From contig OZ024741.1 of the NCBI GenBank assembly GCA_964016885.1, forward strand, positions 16,058,001 through 16,122,000: a stretch of 64,000 nucleotides of DNA, read 5' to 3'. This stretch comes from Eledone cirrhosa (taxonomy: Eukaryota). Below the pieces are notes generated by a model. That model made no database searches. It saw nothing but the letters and a program-made list of their open reading frames with translations, and had not been told where the DNA came from. Numbering within the stretch: the first letter of the stretch is position 1; each line of letters starts with the position of its first letter. The position numbers and the translations under genes were made by a program. Shown here piece after piece: positions 1 through 15,000 of this stretch.

Positions 1-3000
1 CAGGGATAGACTGTTGGTGTCGTCAGGGATAAACTGTTGGTGTCGTCAGAGATAGACTGTTAGTGTCATCAGGGAGAGACTGTTACTGTCGTCAGGGATA
101 GACTGTTGGTGTCGTCAGGGATAGACTGTTGGTGTCGTCAGGGATAGACTGTTGGTATCGTCAGGGATAGACTGTTGGTGTCGTCAGGGATAGACTGTTG
201 GTGTCGTCAGGGATAGATTGTTGGTGTCGTCAGAGATAGACTGTTACTGTCGTCAGGGATAGACTGTTGGTGTCGTCAGGGATAGACTGTTGGTGTCGTA
301 AGGGATAGACTGTTGGTGTCGTCAGGGATAGACTGTTGGTGTCGTAAGGGATAGACTGTTGGTGTCATCAGGGATAGATTGTTGGTGTCATCAGTGATAG
401 ACTGTTGCTGTCGTCAGGGATAGACTGTTGGTGTCGTCAGGGATAGACTGTTGGTGTCGTCAGGGATAGACTGTTGGTGTCGTCAGGGATAGACTGTTGG
501 TGTCGTCAGGGATAGACTGTTGGTGTTGTCAGGGATAGACTGTTGGTGTCGTCAGGGATAGACTGTTGGTGTCGTCAGGGATAAACTGTTGGTGTCGTCA
601 GGGATAGATTGTTGGTGTCGTCAGGAATAGACTGTTGGTGTCGTCAGGGATAGACTGTTGGTGTCGTCAGGGATAGACTGTTGGTATCGTCAGGGATAGA
701 TTGTTGGTGTCGTCAGGTATAGACTGTTGGTGTCGTCAGGGATAGACTGTTGGTATCGTCAGGGATAGTTTGTTGGTGTCGTCAGGGATAGACTGTTGCT
801 GTTGTCAGGAATAGACTGTTGGTGTCGTCAGGGATAGACTGTTGGTATCGTCAGGGATAGATTGTTGGTGTCGTCAGGGATAGACTGTTGGTGTCGTCAG
901 CGATAGACTGTTGGTGTCGTCAGGGATAGACTGTTGGTATCGTCAGGGATAGACTGTTGGTGTCGTCAGGGATAGACTGTTGGTGTCGTCAGGGATAGAC
1001 TGTTGGTGTCGTCAGGGATAGACTGTTGGTATCGTCAGGGATAGACTGTTGGTGTCGTCAGGGATAGACTGTTGGTGTCGTCAGGGATAGACTGTTGGTG
1101 TCGTCAGGGATAGACTGTTGGTATCGTCAGGGATAGACTGTTGGTGTCGTCAGGGATAGACTGTTGGTGTCGTCAGGGATAGACTGTTGGTATCGTCAGG
1201 GATAGACTGTTGGTGTCGTCAGGGATAGACTGTTGGTGTCGTCAGGGATAGACTGTTGGTGTCGTCAGGGATAGACTGTTGGTGTCGTCAGGTATAGACT
1301 GTTGGTGTCGTCAGGGATAGACTGTTGGTGTCGTCAGGGATAGACTGTTGGTGTCGTCAGGGATAGACTGTTGGTGTCGTCAGGGATAGACTGTTGGTGT
1401 CGTCAGGGATAGACTGTTGGTGTCGTCAGGTATAGACTGTTGGTGTCGTCAGGGAGAGACTGTTGGTGTCGTCAGGGATAGACTGTTGGTGTCGTCAGGG
1501 ATAGACTGTTGGTGTCGTCAGGGATAGACTGTTGGTGTCGTCAGGGATAGACTGTTGGTGTCGTCAGGGATAGACTGTTGGTGTCGTCAGGTATAGACTG
1601 TTGGTGTCGTCAGGGAGAGACTGTTGGTGTCGTCAGGGATAGACTGTTGGTGTCGTCAAGGATAGACTGTTGGTGTCGTCAGGGATAGACTGTTGGTGTC
1701 GTCAGGGATAGACTGTTGGTGTCGTCAGGGATAGATTGTTGGAGTCGTCAGGGATAGCCTGTTGGTGTCGTCAGGGATAGACTGTTGGTGTCGTAAGGGA
1801 TAGACTGTTGGTGTCGTCAGGGATAAACTGTTGGTGTCGTCAGGGATAGACAGACTGTTGGTGTCGTCAGGTATAGACTGTTGGTGTCGTCAGGGATAGA
1901 CTGTTGGTGTCGTCAAGGATAAACTGTTGGAGTCGTCAAGGATAAACTGTTGGTGTCGTCAGGGATAGACTGTTGGTGTCGTCAGGGATAGACTGTGGCT
2001 GTCGTCAGGGATAGACTGTTGGACTCGTCAGGGATAGACTGTTGGTGTCGTCAGGGATAGACTGTTGGTGTCGTCAGGGATAGATTGTTGGTGTCGTCAG
2101 GGATAGACTGTTGGTGTCGTCAGGGATAGACTGTTGGTGTCGTCAGGGATAGACTGTTGGTGTCGTCAGGGATAGACTGTTGGTGTCGTCAGGGATAGAC
2201 TGTTGGTGTCGTCAAGGATAAACTGTTGGTGTCGTCAGGGATAGACTGTTGGTGTCGTCAGGGATAGACTGTTGGTGTCGTCAAGGATAAACTGTTGGTG
2301 TCGTCAGGGATAGACTGTTGGTGTCGTCAGGGATAGACTGTTGGTGTCGTCAAGGATAAACTGTTGGTGTCGTCAGGGATAGACTGTTGGTGTCGTCAGG
2401 GATAGACTGTTGGTGTCGTCAGGGATAGACTGTTGGTGTCGTCAGGGATAGACTGTTGGTGTCGTCAAGGATAAACTGTTGGTGTCGTCAGGGATAGACT
2501 GTTGGTGTCGTCAGGGATAGACTGTTGGTGTCGTCAAGGATAAACTGTTGGTGTCGTCAGGGATAGACTGTTGGTGTCGTCAGGGATAGACTGTTGGTGT
2601 CGTCAAGGATAAACTGTTGGTGTCGTCAGGGATAGACTGTTGGTGTCGTCAGGGATAGACTGTTGGTGTCGTCAGGGATAGACTGTTGGTGTCGTCAGGG
2701 ATAGACTGTTGGTGTCGTCAGGGATAGATTGTTGGTGTCGTCAGGGATAGACTGTTGGTGTCGTCAAGGATAAACTGTTGGTGTCGTCAGGGATAGACTG
2801 TTGGTGTCGTCAGGGATAGACTGTTGGTGTCGTCAAGGATAGACTGTTGGTGTCGTCAGGGATAGACTGTTGGTGTCGTCAGGGATAGACTGTTGGTGTC
2901 GTCTGGGATAGACTGTTGGTGTCGTCAGGGATAGACTGTTGGTGTCGTCAGGGATAGACTGTTGGTGTCGTAAGGGATAGACTGTTGGTGTCGTCAAGGA

Positions 3001-6000
3001 TAAACTGTTGGTGTCGTCAGGGATAGACTGTTGGTGTCGTCAGGGATAGACTGTTGGTGTCGTCAAGGATAGACTGTTGGTGTCGTCAGGGATAGACTGT
3101 TGGTGTCGTCAGGGATAGACTGTTGGTGTCGTCTGGGATAGACTGTTGGTGTCGTCAGGGATAGACTGTTGGTGTCGTCAGGGATAGACTGTTGGTGTCG
3201 TCAGGGATAGACTGTTGGTGTCGTCAAGGATAAACTGTTGCTGTCGTCAGGGATAGACTGTTGGTGTCGTCAGGGATAGACTGTTGGTGTCGTCAATGAT
3301 AAACTGTTGGTGTCGTCAGGGATAGACTGTTGGTGTCGTCAGGGATAGACTGTTGGTGTCGTCAGGGATAGACTGTTGGTGTCGTCAGGGATAGATTGTT
3401 GGTGTCGTCAGGGATAGACTGTTGGTGTCGTCAGGGATAGACTGTTGGTGTCGTCAGGGATAGACTGTTGGTGTCGTCAGGGATAGACTGTTGGTGTCGT
3501 CAGGGATAGACTGTTGGTGTCGTCAGGGATAGACTGTTGGACTCGTCAGGGATAGACTGTTGGTGTCGTCAGGGATAGACTGTTGGTGCCGTCAGGGATA
3601 GATTGTTGGTGTCGTCAGGGATAGACTGTTGGTGTCGTCAAGGATAAACTGTTGGTGTCGTCAGGGATAGACTGTTTGTGTCGTCAGGGATAGACTGTTG
3701 GTGTTGTCAGGGATAGACTGTTGGTGTCGTCAGGGATAGACTGTTGGTGTCGTCAGGGATAGACTGTTGGCGTCGTCAGGGATAGATTGTTGGTGTCGTC
3801 AGAGATAGATTGTTGGTGTCATCAGTGATAGACTGTTGCTGTCGTCAGGGATAGACTGTTGGTGTCGTCAGGGATAGACTGTTGGTGTCGTCTGGGATAA
3901 ACTGTTGGTGTCGTCAGGGATAGACTGTTGGTGTCGTCAGGGATAGACTGTTGGTGTCGTCAGGGATAGACTGTTGGTGTCGTCAGGGATAAACTGTTGG
4001 TGTCGTCAGGGATAGACTGTTGGTGTCGTCAGGGATAGACTGTTGGTGTCGTCAGGGATAGACTGTTGGTGTCGTCAGGGATAGACTGTTGGTGTCGTCA
4101 GGGATAGACTGTTGGTGTCGTCAGGGATAGACTGTTGGTGTCGTCAGGGATAGACTGTTGGTGTCGTCAGGGATAGACTGTTGGTGTCGTCAGGGATAGA
4201 CTGTTGGTGTCGTCAGGGATAGACTGTTGGTGTCGTCAGGGATAAACTGTTGGTGTCGTCAGGGATAGACTGTTGGTGTCGTCAGGGATAGACTGTTGGT
4301 GTCGTCAGGGATAGACTGTTGGTGTCGTCAGGGATAGACTGTTGGTGTCGTCAGGGATAGACTGTTGGTGTCGTCAAGGATAGACTGTTGGTGTCGTCAG
4401 GGATAGACTGTTGGTGTCGTCAGGGATAGACTGTTGGTGTCGTCAGGGATAGACTGTTGGTGTCGTCAGGGATAGACTGTTGGTGTCGTCAGGGATAAAC
4501 TGTTGGTGTCGTCAGGGATAGACTGTTGGTGTCGTCAGGGATAGACTGTTGGTGTCGTCAGGGATAGACTGTTGGTGTCGTCAGGGATAGACTGTTGGTG
4601 TCGTCAGGGATAGACTGTTGGTGTCGTCAGGGATAGACTGTTGGTGTCGTCAGGGATAGACTGTTGGTGTCGTCACGGATAAACTGTTGGTGTCGTCAGG
4701 GATAGACTGTTACTGTCGTCAGGGATAGATTGTTGGTGTCGTCAGGGATAGATTGTTGGTGTCGTCAGGGAAAGACTGTTGGTGTCGTCACGGATAAACT
4801 GTTGGTGTCGTAAGGGATAGACTTTTGGTGTCGTCAGGTATAAACTGTTGGTGTCGTCAGGGATAGATTGTTGGTGTCGTCAGGGATAAACTGTTGGTGT
4901 CGTCACGGATAGACTGTTGGTGTCGTCAGGGAGAGACTGTTGGTGTCGTCAGGGATAGACTGTTGGTGTCGTCACGGATAAACTGTTGGTGTCGTCAGGG
5001 ATAGACTGTTGGTGTCGTCAGGGATAGATTGTTGGTGTCGTCAGGGATAGACTGTTGGTGTCGTCAGGGATAGATTGTTGGTGTCGTCAGGGATAGACTG
5101 TTGGTGTCGTCAGAGATAGACTGTTGGTGTCGTCAGGGATAGACTGTTGGTGTCGTCACGGATAAACTGTTGGTGTCGTCAGGGATAGACTGTTGGTGTC
5201 GTCAGAGATAGACTGTTGGTGTCGTCAGGGATAGACTGTTGGTGTCGTCAGGGATAGACTGTTGGTGTCGTCAGGGAGAGACTGTTGGTGTCGTCAGGGA
5301 TAGATTGTTGGTGTCGTCAGAGATAGACTGTTGGTGTCGTCAGGGATAGATTGTTGGTGTCGTCAGAGATAGACTGTTGGTGTCGTCAGGGATAGATTGT
5401 TGGTGTCGTCAGGGATAGACTGTTGTTGTCGTCAGAGATAGACTGTTGGTGTCGTCAGGGATAGACTGTTGGTGTCGTCACGGATAAACTGTTGGTGTCG
5501 TCAGGGATAGACTGTTGGTGTCGTCAGAGATAGACTGTTGGTGTCGTCAGGGATAGACTGTTGGTGTCGTCAGGGATAGACTGTTGGTGTCGTCAGGGAG
5601 AGACTGTTGGTGTCGTCAGGGATAGATTGTTGGTGTCGTCAGGGATAGATTGTTGGTGTCGTCAGGGATAGACTGTTGGTGTCGTCAGGGATAGACTGTT
5701 GGTGTCGTCAGGGATAAACTGTTGGTGTCGTCAGAGATAGACTGTTGGTGTCGTCAGGGATAGACTGTTGGTGTCGTCACGGATAAACTGTTGGTGTCGT
5801 CAGGGATAGACTGTTGGTGTCGTCACGGATAAACTGTTGGTGTCGTCAGGGATAGACTGTTGGTGTCGTCAGGGATAGACTGTTGGTGTCGTCTTGGATA
5901 GACTGTTGGTGTCGTCACGGATAAACTGTTGGTGTCGTCAGGGATAGACTGTTGGTGTCGTCAGGGATAGACTGTTGGTGTCGTCAGGGATAGACTGTTG

Positions 6001-9000
6001 GTGTCGTCACGGATAAACTGTTGGTGTCGTAAGGGATAGACTGTTGGTGTCGTCACGGATAAACTGTTGGTGTCGTCAGGGATAGACTGTTGGTGTCGTC
6101 AGGGATAGACTGTTGGTGTCGTCAGGGATAGACTGTTGGTGTCGTCAGAGATAGACTGTTGGTGTCGTCAGGGATAGACTGTTGGTGTCGTCAGGGATAA
6201 ACTGTTGGTGTCGTCAGAGATAGACTGTTGGTGTCGTCAGAGATAGACTGTTGGTGTCGTCAGGGATAGACTGTTGGTGTCGTCAGGGATAAACTGTTGG
6301 TGTCGTCAGAGATAGACTGTTGGTGTCGTCAGGGATAGACTGTTGGTGTCGTCAATGATAAACTGTTGGTGTCGTCAGGGATAGACTGTTGGTGTCGTCA
6401 GGGATAGACTGTTGGTGTCGTCAGGGATAGACTGTTGGTGTCGTCAGGGATAGACTGTTGGTGTCGTCAGGGATAAACTGTTGGTGTCGTCAGAGATAGA
6501 CTGTTGGTGTCGTCAGGGATAGACTGTTGGTGTCGTCACGGATAAACTGTTGGTGTCGTAAGGGATAGACTGTTGGTGTCGTCACGGATAAACTGTTGGT
6601 GTCGTCAGGGATAGACTGTTGGTGTCGTCAGGGATTGACTGTTGGTGTCGTCAGGGATAGACTGTTGGTGTCGTCAGCGATAGACTGTTGGTGTCGTCAG
6701 AGATAGACTGTTGGTGTCGTCAGGGATAGACTGTTGGCGTCGTCAGGGATAGACTGTTGGTGTCGTCAGGGATAGACTGTTGGTGTCGTCAGGGATAGAC
6801 TGTTGGTGTCGTCAGGGATAAACTATTGGTGTCATCAGAGATAGACTGTTGGTGTCGTCAGGGATAGACTGTTGGTGTCGTCAGGGATAAACTATTGGTG
6901 TCATCAGAGATAGACTGTTGGTGTCGTCAGGGATAGACTGTTGGTGTCGTCAGGGATAAACTATTGGTGTCATCAGAGATAGACTGTTGGTGTCGTCAGG
7001 GATAAACTATTGGTGTCATCAGAGATAGACTGTTGGTGTCGTCAGGGATAGACTGTTGGTGTCGTCAGGGATAGACTGTTGGTGTCGTCATGGATAGACT
7101 GTTGGTGTCGTCAGGGATAGACTGTTGGTGTCGTCAGGGATAAACTGTTGGTGTCGTCAGAGATAGACTGTTGGTGTCGTCAGGGATAGACTGTTGGTGT
7201 CGTCAGGGATAGACTGTTGGTGTCGTCTGGGATAGACTGTTGGTGTCGTCAAGGATAAACTGTTGGTGTCGTCACGGATAAACTGTTGGTGTCGTAAGGG
7301 ATAGACTGTTGGTGTCGTCACGGATAAACTGTTGGTGTCGTCAGGGATAGACTGTTGGTGTCGTCAGGGATAGACTGTTGGTGTCGTCAGCGATAGACTG
7401 TTGGTGTCGTCAGGGATAGATTGTTGGTGTCGTCAGGAATAGACTGTTGGTATCGTCAGGGATAGACTGTTACTGTCGTCAGGGATAGACTGTTGGTGTC
7501 GTCAGGTATAGACTGTTGGTGTCGTCAGGGATAGACTGTTGCTGTCGTCAGGGATAGATTGTTGGTGTCGTCAGAGATAGACTGTTGGTGTCGTCAGGGA
7601 TAGACTGTTGGTGTCGTCACGGATAAACTGTTGGTGTCGTCAGGTATAAACTGTTGCTGTCGTCAGGGATAGACTGTTGGTGTCGTCAGGGATAGACTGT
7701 TGGTGTCGTCAGGGATAGACTGTTGGTGTCGTCAAGGATAAACTGTTGGTGTCGTCAGGGATAGACTGTTGGTGTCGTCAGGGATAGATTGTTGGTGTCG
7801 TCAAGGATAAACTGTTGGTGTCGTCAGGGATAGACTGTTGGTGTCGTCAGGGATAGACTGTTGGTGTCGTCAAGGATAAACTGTTGGTGTCGTCAGGGAT
7901 AGACTGTTGGTGTCGTCAGGGATAGACTGTTGGTGTCGTCAGGGATAGACTGTTGGTGTCGTCAGGGATAGACTGTTGGTGTCGTCAAGGATAAACTGTT
8001 GGTGTCGTCAGGGATAGACTGTTGGTGTCGTCAGGGATAGACTGTTGGTGTCGTCAAGGATAAACTGTTGGTGTCGTCAGGGATAGACTGTTGGTGTCGT
8101 CAGGGATAGACTGTTGGTGTCGTCAAGGATAAACTGTTGGTGTCGTCAGGGATAGACTGTTGGTGTCGTCAGGGATAGACTGTTGGTGTCGTCAAGGATA
8201 GACTGTTGGTGTCGTCAGGGATAGACTGTTGGTGTCGTCAGGGATAGACTGTTGGTGTCGTCTGGGATAGACTGTTGGTGTCGTCAGGGATAGACTGTTG
8301 GTGTCGTCAGGGATAGACTGTTGGTGTCGTCAGGGATAGACTGTTGGTGTCGTCAAGGATAAACTGTTGCTGTCGTCAGGGATAGACTGTTGGTGTCGTC
8401 AGGGATAGACTGTTGGTGTCGTCAATGATAAACTGTTGGTGTCGTCAGGGATAGACTGTTGGTGTCGTCAGGGATAGACTGTTGGTGTCGTCAGGGATAG
8501 ACTGTTGGTGTCGTCAGGGATAGATTGTTGGTGTCGTCAGGGATAGACTGTTGGTGTCGTCAGGGATAGACTGTTGGTGTCGTCAGGGATAGACTGTTGG
8601 TGTCGTCAGGGATAGACTGTTGGTGTCGTCAGGGATAGACTGTTGGTGTCGTCAGGGATAGACTGTTGGACTCGTCAGGGATAGACTGTTGGTGTCGTCA
8701 GGGATAGACTGTTGGTGTCGTCAGGTATAGATTGTTGGTGTCGTCAGGGATAGACTGTTGGTGTCGTCAAGGATAAACTGTTGGTGTCGTCAGGGATAGA
8801 CTGTTTGTGTCGTCAGGGATAGACTGTTGGTGTCGTCAGGGATAGACTGTTGGTGTCGTCAGGGATAGACTGTTGGTGTCGTTAGGGATAGACTGTTGGC
8901 GTCGTCAGGGATAGATTGTTGGTGTCGTCAGGGATAGATTGTTGGTGTCATCAGTGATAGACTGTTGCTGTCGTCAGGGATAGACTGTTGGTGTCGTCAG

Positions 9001-12000
9001 GGATAGACTGTTGGTGTCGTCTGGGATAAACTGTTGGTGTCGTCAGGGATAGACTGTTGGTGTCGTCAGGGATAGACTGTTGGTGTCGTCAGGGATAGAC
9101 TGTTGGTGTCGTCAGGGATAAACTGTTGGTGTCGTCAGGGATAGACTGTTGGTGTCGTCAGGGATAGACTGTTGGTGTCGTCAGGGATAGACTGTTGGTG
9201 TCGTCAGGGATAGACTGTTGGTGTCGTCAGGGATAGACTGTTGGTGTCGTCAGGGATAGACTGTTGGTGTCGTCAGGGATAGACTGTTAGTGTCGTCAGG
9301 GATAGACTGTTGGTGTCGTCAGGGATAGACTGTTGGTGTCGTCAGGGATAGACTGTTGGTGTCGTCAGGGATAGACTGTTGGTGTCGTCAGGGATAGACT
9401 GTTGGTGTCGTCAGGGATAGACTGTTGGTGTCGTCAGGGATAAACTGTTGGTGTCGTCAGGGATAGACTGTTGGTGTCGTCAGGGATAGACTGTTGGTGT
9501 CGTCAGGGATAGACTGTTGGTTTCGTCAGGGATAGACTGTTGGTGTCGTCAGGGATAGACTGTTGGTGTCGTCAGGGATAGACTGTTGGTGTCGTCAGGG
9601 ATAGACTGTTGGTGTCGTCTGGGATAGACTGTTGGTGTCGTCAGGGATAGACTGTTGGTGTCGTCAGGGATAGACTGTTGGTGTCGTCAGGGATAAACTG
9701 TTGGTGTCGTCAGGGATAGACTGTTGGTGTCGTCAGGGATAGACTGTTGGTGTCGTCAGGGATAGACTGTTGTTGTCGTCAGGGATAGACTGTTGGTATC
9801 GTCAGGGATAGACTGTTGGTGTCGTCACGGATAAACTGTTGGTGTCGTCAGAGATAGACTGTTACTGTCGTCAGGGATAGATTGTTGGTGTCGTCAGGGA
9901 TAGATTGTTGGTGTCGTCAGGGATAGACTGTTGGTGTCGTCACGGATAAACTGTTGGTGTCGTAAGGGATAGACTGTTGGTGTCGTCAGGTATAAACTGT
10001 TGGTGTCGTCAGGGATAGATTGTTGGTGTCGTCAGGGATAAACTGTTGGTGTCGTCACGAATAGACTGTTGGTGTCGTCAGGGAGAGACTGTTGGTGTCG
10101 TCAGGGATAGACTGTTGGTGTCGTCACGGATAAACTGTTGGTGTCGTCAGGGATAGACTGTTGGTGTCGTCAGGGATAGATTGTTGGTGTCGTCAGAGAT
10201 AGACTGTTGGTGTCGTCAGGGATAGATTGTTGGTGTCGTCAGGGATAGACTGTTGGTGTCGTCAGAGATAGACTGTTGGTGTCGTCAGGGATAGACTGTT
10301 GGTGTCGTCACGGATAAACTGTTGGTGTCGTCAGGGATAGACTGTTGGTGTCGTCAGAGATAGACTGTTGGTGTCGTCAGGGATAGACTGTTGGTGTCGT
10401 CAGGGATAGACTGTTGGTGTCGTCAGGGAGAGGCTGTTGGTGTCGTCAGGGATAGATTGTTGGTGTCGTCAGGGATAGATTGTTGGTGTCGTCAGGGATA
10501 GACTGTTGGTGTCGTCAGGGATAGACTGTTGGTGTCGTCAGGGATAGACTGTTGGTGTTGTCAGGGATAGACTGTTGGTGTCGTCAGGGATAGACTGTTG
10601 GTGTCGTCAGGGATAGACTGTTGGTGTCGTCAGGGAGAGGCTGTTGGTGTCGTCAGAGATAGACTGTTGGTGTCGTCAGGGATAGACTGTTGGTGTCGTC
10701 AGGGATAGACTGTTGGTGTCGTCAGAGATAGACTGTTGGTGTCGTCAGGGATAGACTGTTGGTGTCGTCAGGGATAGACTGTTGGTGTCGTCAGGGATAG
10801 ACTGTTGGTGTCGTCAGGGAGAGGCTGTTGGTGTCGTCAGAGATAGACTGTTGGTGTCGTCAGGGATAGACTGTTGGTGTCGTCAGGGATAGACTGTTGG
10901 TGTCGTCAGGGATAGACTGTTGGTGTCGTCAGGGATAGACTGTTGGTGTCGTCAGGGATAAACTGTTGGTGTCGTCAGAGATAGACTGTTGGTGTCGTCA
11001 GGGATAGACTGTTGGTGTCGTCACGGATAAACTGTTGGTGTCGTAAGGGATAGACTGTTGGTGTCGTGAGAGATAGACTGTTGGTGTCGTCAGGGATAGA
11101 CTGTTGGTGTCGTCACGGATAAACTGTTGGTGTCGTCAGGGATAGACTGTTGGTGTCGTCAGGGATAGACTGTTGGTGTCGTCAGGGATAGACTGTTGGT
11201 GTCGTCAGGGATAGACTGTTGGTGTCGTCAGGGATAGACTGTTGGTGTCGTCAGAGATAGACTGTTGGTGTCGTCAGAGATAGACTGTTGGTGTCGTCAG
11301 GGATAGACTGTTGGTGTCGTCAGGGATAAACTGTTGGTGTCGTCAGAGATAGACTGTTGGTGTCGTCAGGGATAGACTGTTGGTGTCGTCAGGGATAGAC
11401 TGTTACTGTCGTCAGGGATAGACTGTTGGTGTCGTCAGGTATAGACTGTTGGTGTCGTCAGGGATAGACTGTTGCTGTCGTCAGGGATAGATTGTTGGTG
11501 TCGTCAGAGATAGACTGTTGGTGTCGTCAGGGATAGACTGTTGGTGTCGTCAGGGATAGACTGTTGGTGTCGTCAGGGATAGACTGTTGGTGTCGTCAGG
11601 GATAGACTGTTTGTGTCGTAAGGGATAGACTGTTGGTGTCGTCACGGATAAACTGTTGGTGTCGTCAGGTATAAACTGTTGCTGTCGTCAGGGATAGACT
11701 GTTGGTGTCGTCAGGGATAGATTGTTGGTGTCGTCAGAGATAGACTGTTGGTGTCGTCAGGGATAGACTGTTGGTGTCGTCACGGATAAACTGTTGGTGT
11801 CGTCAGGGATAGACTGTTGGTGTCGTCAGGGATAGACTGTTGGTGTCGTCAGGGATAGACTGTTGGTGTTGTCAGGGATAGACTGTTGGTGTCGTCAGGT
11901 ATAAACTGTTGGTGTCGTCAGGGATAGATTGTTGGTGTCGTCAGGGATAGATTGTTGGTGTCGTCAGAGATAGACTGTTGGTGTCGTCAGGGATAGACTG

Positions 12001-15000
12001 TTGGTGTCGTCACGGATAAACTGTTGGTGTCGTCAGGGATAGACTGTTGGTGTCGTCAGGGATAGACTGTTGGTGTCGTCAGCGATAGACTGTTGGTGTC
12101 GTCAGGGATAGACTGTTGGTGTCGTCACGGATAAACTGTTGGTGTCGTCAGGGATAGACTGTTGGTGTCGTCAGGGATAGACTGTTGGTGTCGTCAGGGA
12201 GAGACTGTTGGTGTCGTCAGCGATAGACTGTTGGTGTCGTCAGGGATAGACTGTTGGTGTCGTCAGCGATAGACTGTTGGTGTCGTCAGGGATAGACTGT
12301 TGGTGTCGTCACGGATAAACTGTTGGTGTCGTCAGGGATAGACTGTTGGTGTCGTCAGGGATAGACTGTTGGTGTCGTCAGCGATAGACTGTTGGTGTCG
12401 TCAGGGATAGACTGTTGGTGTCGTCAGAGATAGACTGTTGGTGTCGTCAGGGATAGACTGTTGGTGTCGTCAGCGATAGACTGTTGGTGTCGTCAGCGAT
12501 AGACTGTTGGTGTCGTCAGAGATAGACTGTTGGTGTCGTCAGGGATAGACTGTTGGTGTCGTCAGGGATAAACTGTTGGTGTCGTCAGAGATAGACTGTT
12601 GGTGTCGTCAGAGATAGACTGTTGGTGTCGTCAGGGATAGACTGTTGGTGTCGTTAGGGATAAACTGTTGGTGTCGTCAGAGATAGACTGTTGGTGTCGT
12701 CAGGGATAGACTGTTGGTGTCGTCAGGGATAGACTGTTGGTGTCGTCAGGGATAAACTGTTGGTGTCGTCAGAGATAGACTGTTGGTGTCGTCAGAGATA
12801 GACTGTTGGTGTCGTCAGGGATAGACTGTTGGTGTCGTCAGGGATAAACTGTTGGTGTCGTCAGAGATAGACTGTTGGTGTCGTCAGGGATAGACTGTTG
12901 GTGTCGTCAGGGATAGACTGTTGGTGTCGTCACGGATAAACTGTTGGTGTCGTAAGGGATAGACTGTTGGTGTCGTCACGGATAAACTGTTGGTGTCGTC
13001 AGGGATAGACTGTTGGTGTCGTCAGGGATAGACTGTTGGTGTCGTCAGCGATAGACTGTTGGTGTCGTCAGGGATAGATTGTTGGTGTCGTCAGGAATAG
13101 ACTGTTGGTATCGTCAGGGATAGACTGTTGGTGTCGTCAGGGATAGACTGTTGGTGTCGTCAGGGATAGACTGTTGGTGTCGTCAGAGATAGATTGTTGG
13201 TGTCGTCAGAGATAGATTGTTGGTGTCGTCAGGGATAGACTGTTGGTGTCGTCTGGGATAGACTGTTGGTGTCGTCAGGGATAGACTGTTGGTGTCGTCA
13301 GGTATAAACTGTTGCTGTCGTCAGGGATAGACTGTTGGTGTCGTCAGGGATAGATTGTTGGTGTCGTCAGAGATAGCCTGTTGGTGTCGTCAGGGATAGA
13401 CTGTTGGTGTCGTCAGGGATAGACTGTTGGTGTCGTCAGGGATAGACTGTTGGTGTCGTCAGGTATAAACTGTTGCTGTCGTCAGGGATAGACTGTTGGT
13501 GTCGTCAGGGATAGATTGTTGGTGTCGTCAGAGATAGACTGTTGGTGTCGTCAGGGATAGATTGTTGGTGTCGTCAGAGATAGACTGTTGGTGTCGTAAG
13601 GGATAGACTGTTGGTGTCGTCACGGATAAACTGTTGGTGTCGTAAGGGATAGACTGTTGGTGTCGTCACGGATAAACTGTTGGTGTCGTCAGGGATAGAC
13701 TGTTGGTGTCGTCAGGGATAGACTGTTGGTGTCGTCAGGGATAGACTGTTGGTGTCGTCAGCGATAGACTGTTGGTGTCGTCAGGGATAGACTGTTGGTG
13801 TCGTCAGTGATAGACTGTTGGTGTCGTCAGGGAGAGACTGTTGGTGTCGTCAGTGATAGACTGTTGGTGTCGTCAGCGATAGACTGTTGGTGTCGTCAGG
13901 GATAGACTGTTGGTGTCGTCAGTGATAGACTGTTGGTGTCGTCAGCGATAGACTGTTGGTGTCGTCAGCGATAGACTGTTGGTGTCGTCAGTGATAGACT
14001 GTTGGTGTCGTCAGGGAGAGACTGTTGGTGTCGTCAGGGATAGATTGTTGGTGTCGTCAGGAATAGACTGTTGGTATCGTCAGGGATAGACTGTTGGTGT
14101 CGTCAGGGATAAACTGTTGGTGTCGTCAGGGATAGACTGTTGGTATCGTCAGGGATAGACTGTTGGTGTCGTCAGGGATAGACTGTTGGTGTCGTCAGGG
14201 ATAGAATGTTGGTGTCGTCAGGGAGAGACTGTTGGTGTCGTCAGGGATAGACTGTTGGTGTCGTCAGGGATAGACTGTTGGTATCGTCAGGGATAGACTG
14301 TTGGTGTCGTCAGGGATAGACTGTTGGTGTCGTCAGGGATAGAATGTTGGTGTCGTCAGGGAGAGACTGTTGGTGTCGTCAAGGATAGACTGTTGGTGTC
14401 GTCAGGTATAAACTGTTGCTGTTGTCAGGGATAGACTGTTGGTATCGTCAGGGATAAACTGTTGGTGTCGTCAGGGCTAGATTGTTGCTGTCGTCAGGGA
14501 TAGACTGTTGGTGTCGTCAGCGATAAACTGTTGGTGTCGTCAGGGATAGACTGTTGGTGTCGTCAGCGATAAACTGTTGGTGTCGTCAGGGATAGACTGT
14601 TGGTGTCGTCAAGGATAGACTGTTGGTGTCGTCAGGGATAGACTGTTGGTGTCGTCAGGGATAGACTGTTGGTGTCGTCAGAGATAGACTGTTGGTGTCG
14701 TCAAGGATAAACTGTTGGTGTCGTCAGGGATAGACTGTTGGTGTCGTCAGGGATAGACTGTTGGTGTCGTCAGGGATAGACTGTTGGTGTCGTCAGGGAT
14801 AGACTGTTGGTGTCGTCAGGGATAGACTGTTGGTGTCGTCAGGGATAGACTGTTGGTTTCGTCAGGGATAGACTGTTGGTGTCGTCAGGGATAGACTGTT
14901 GGTGTCGTCAGAGATAGACTGTTGGTGTCGTCAAGGATAAACTGTTGGTGTCGTCAGGGATAGACTGTTGGTGTCGTCAGGGATAGACTGTTGGTGTCGT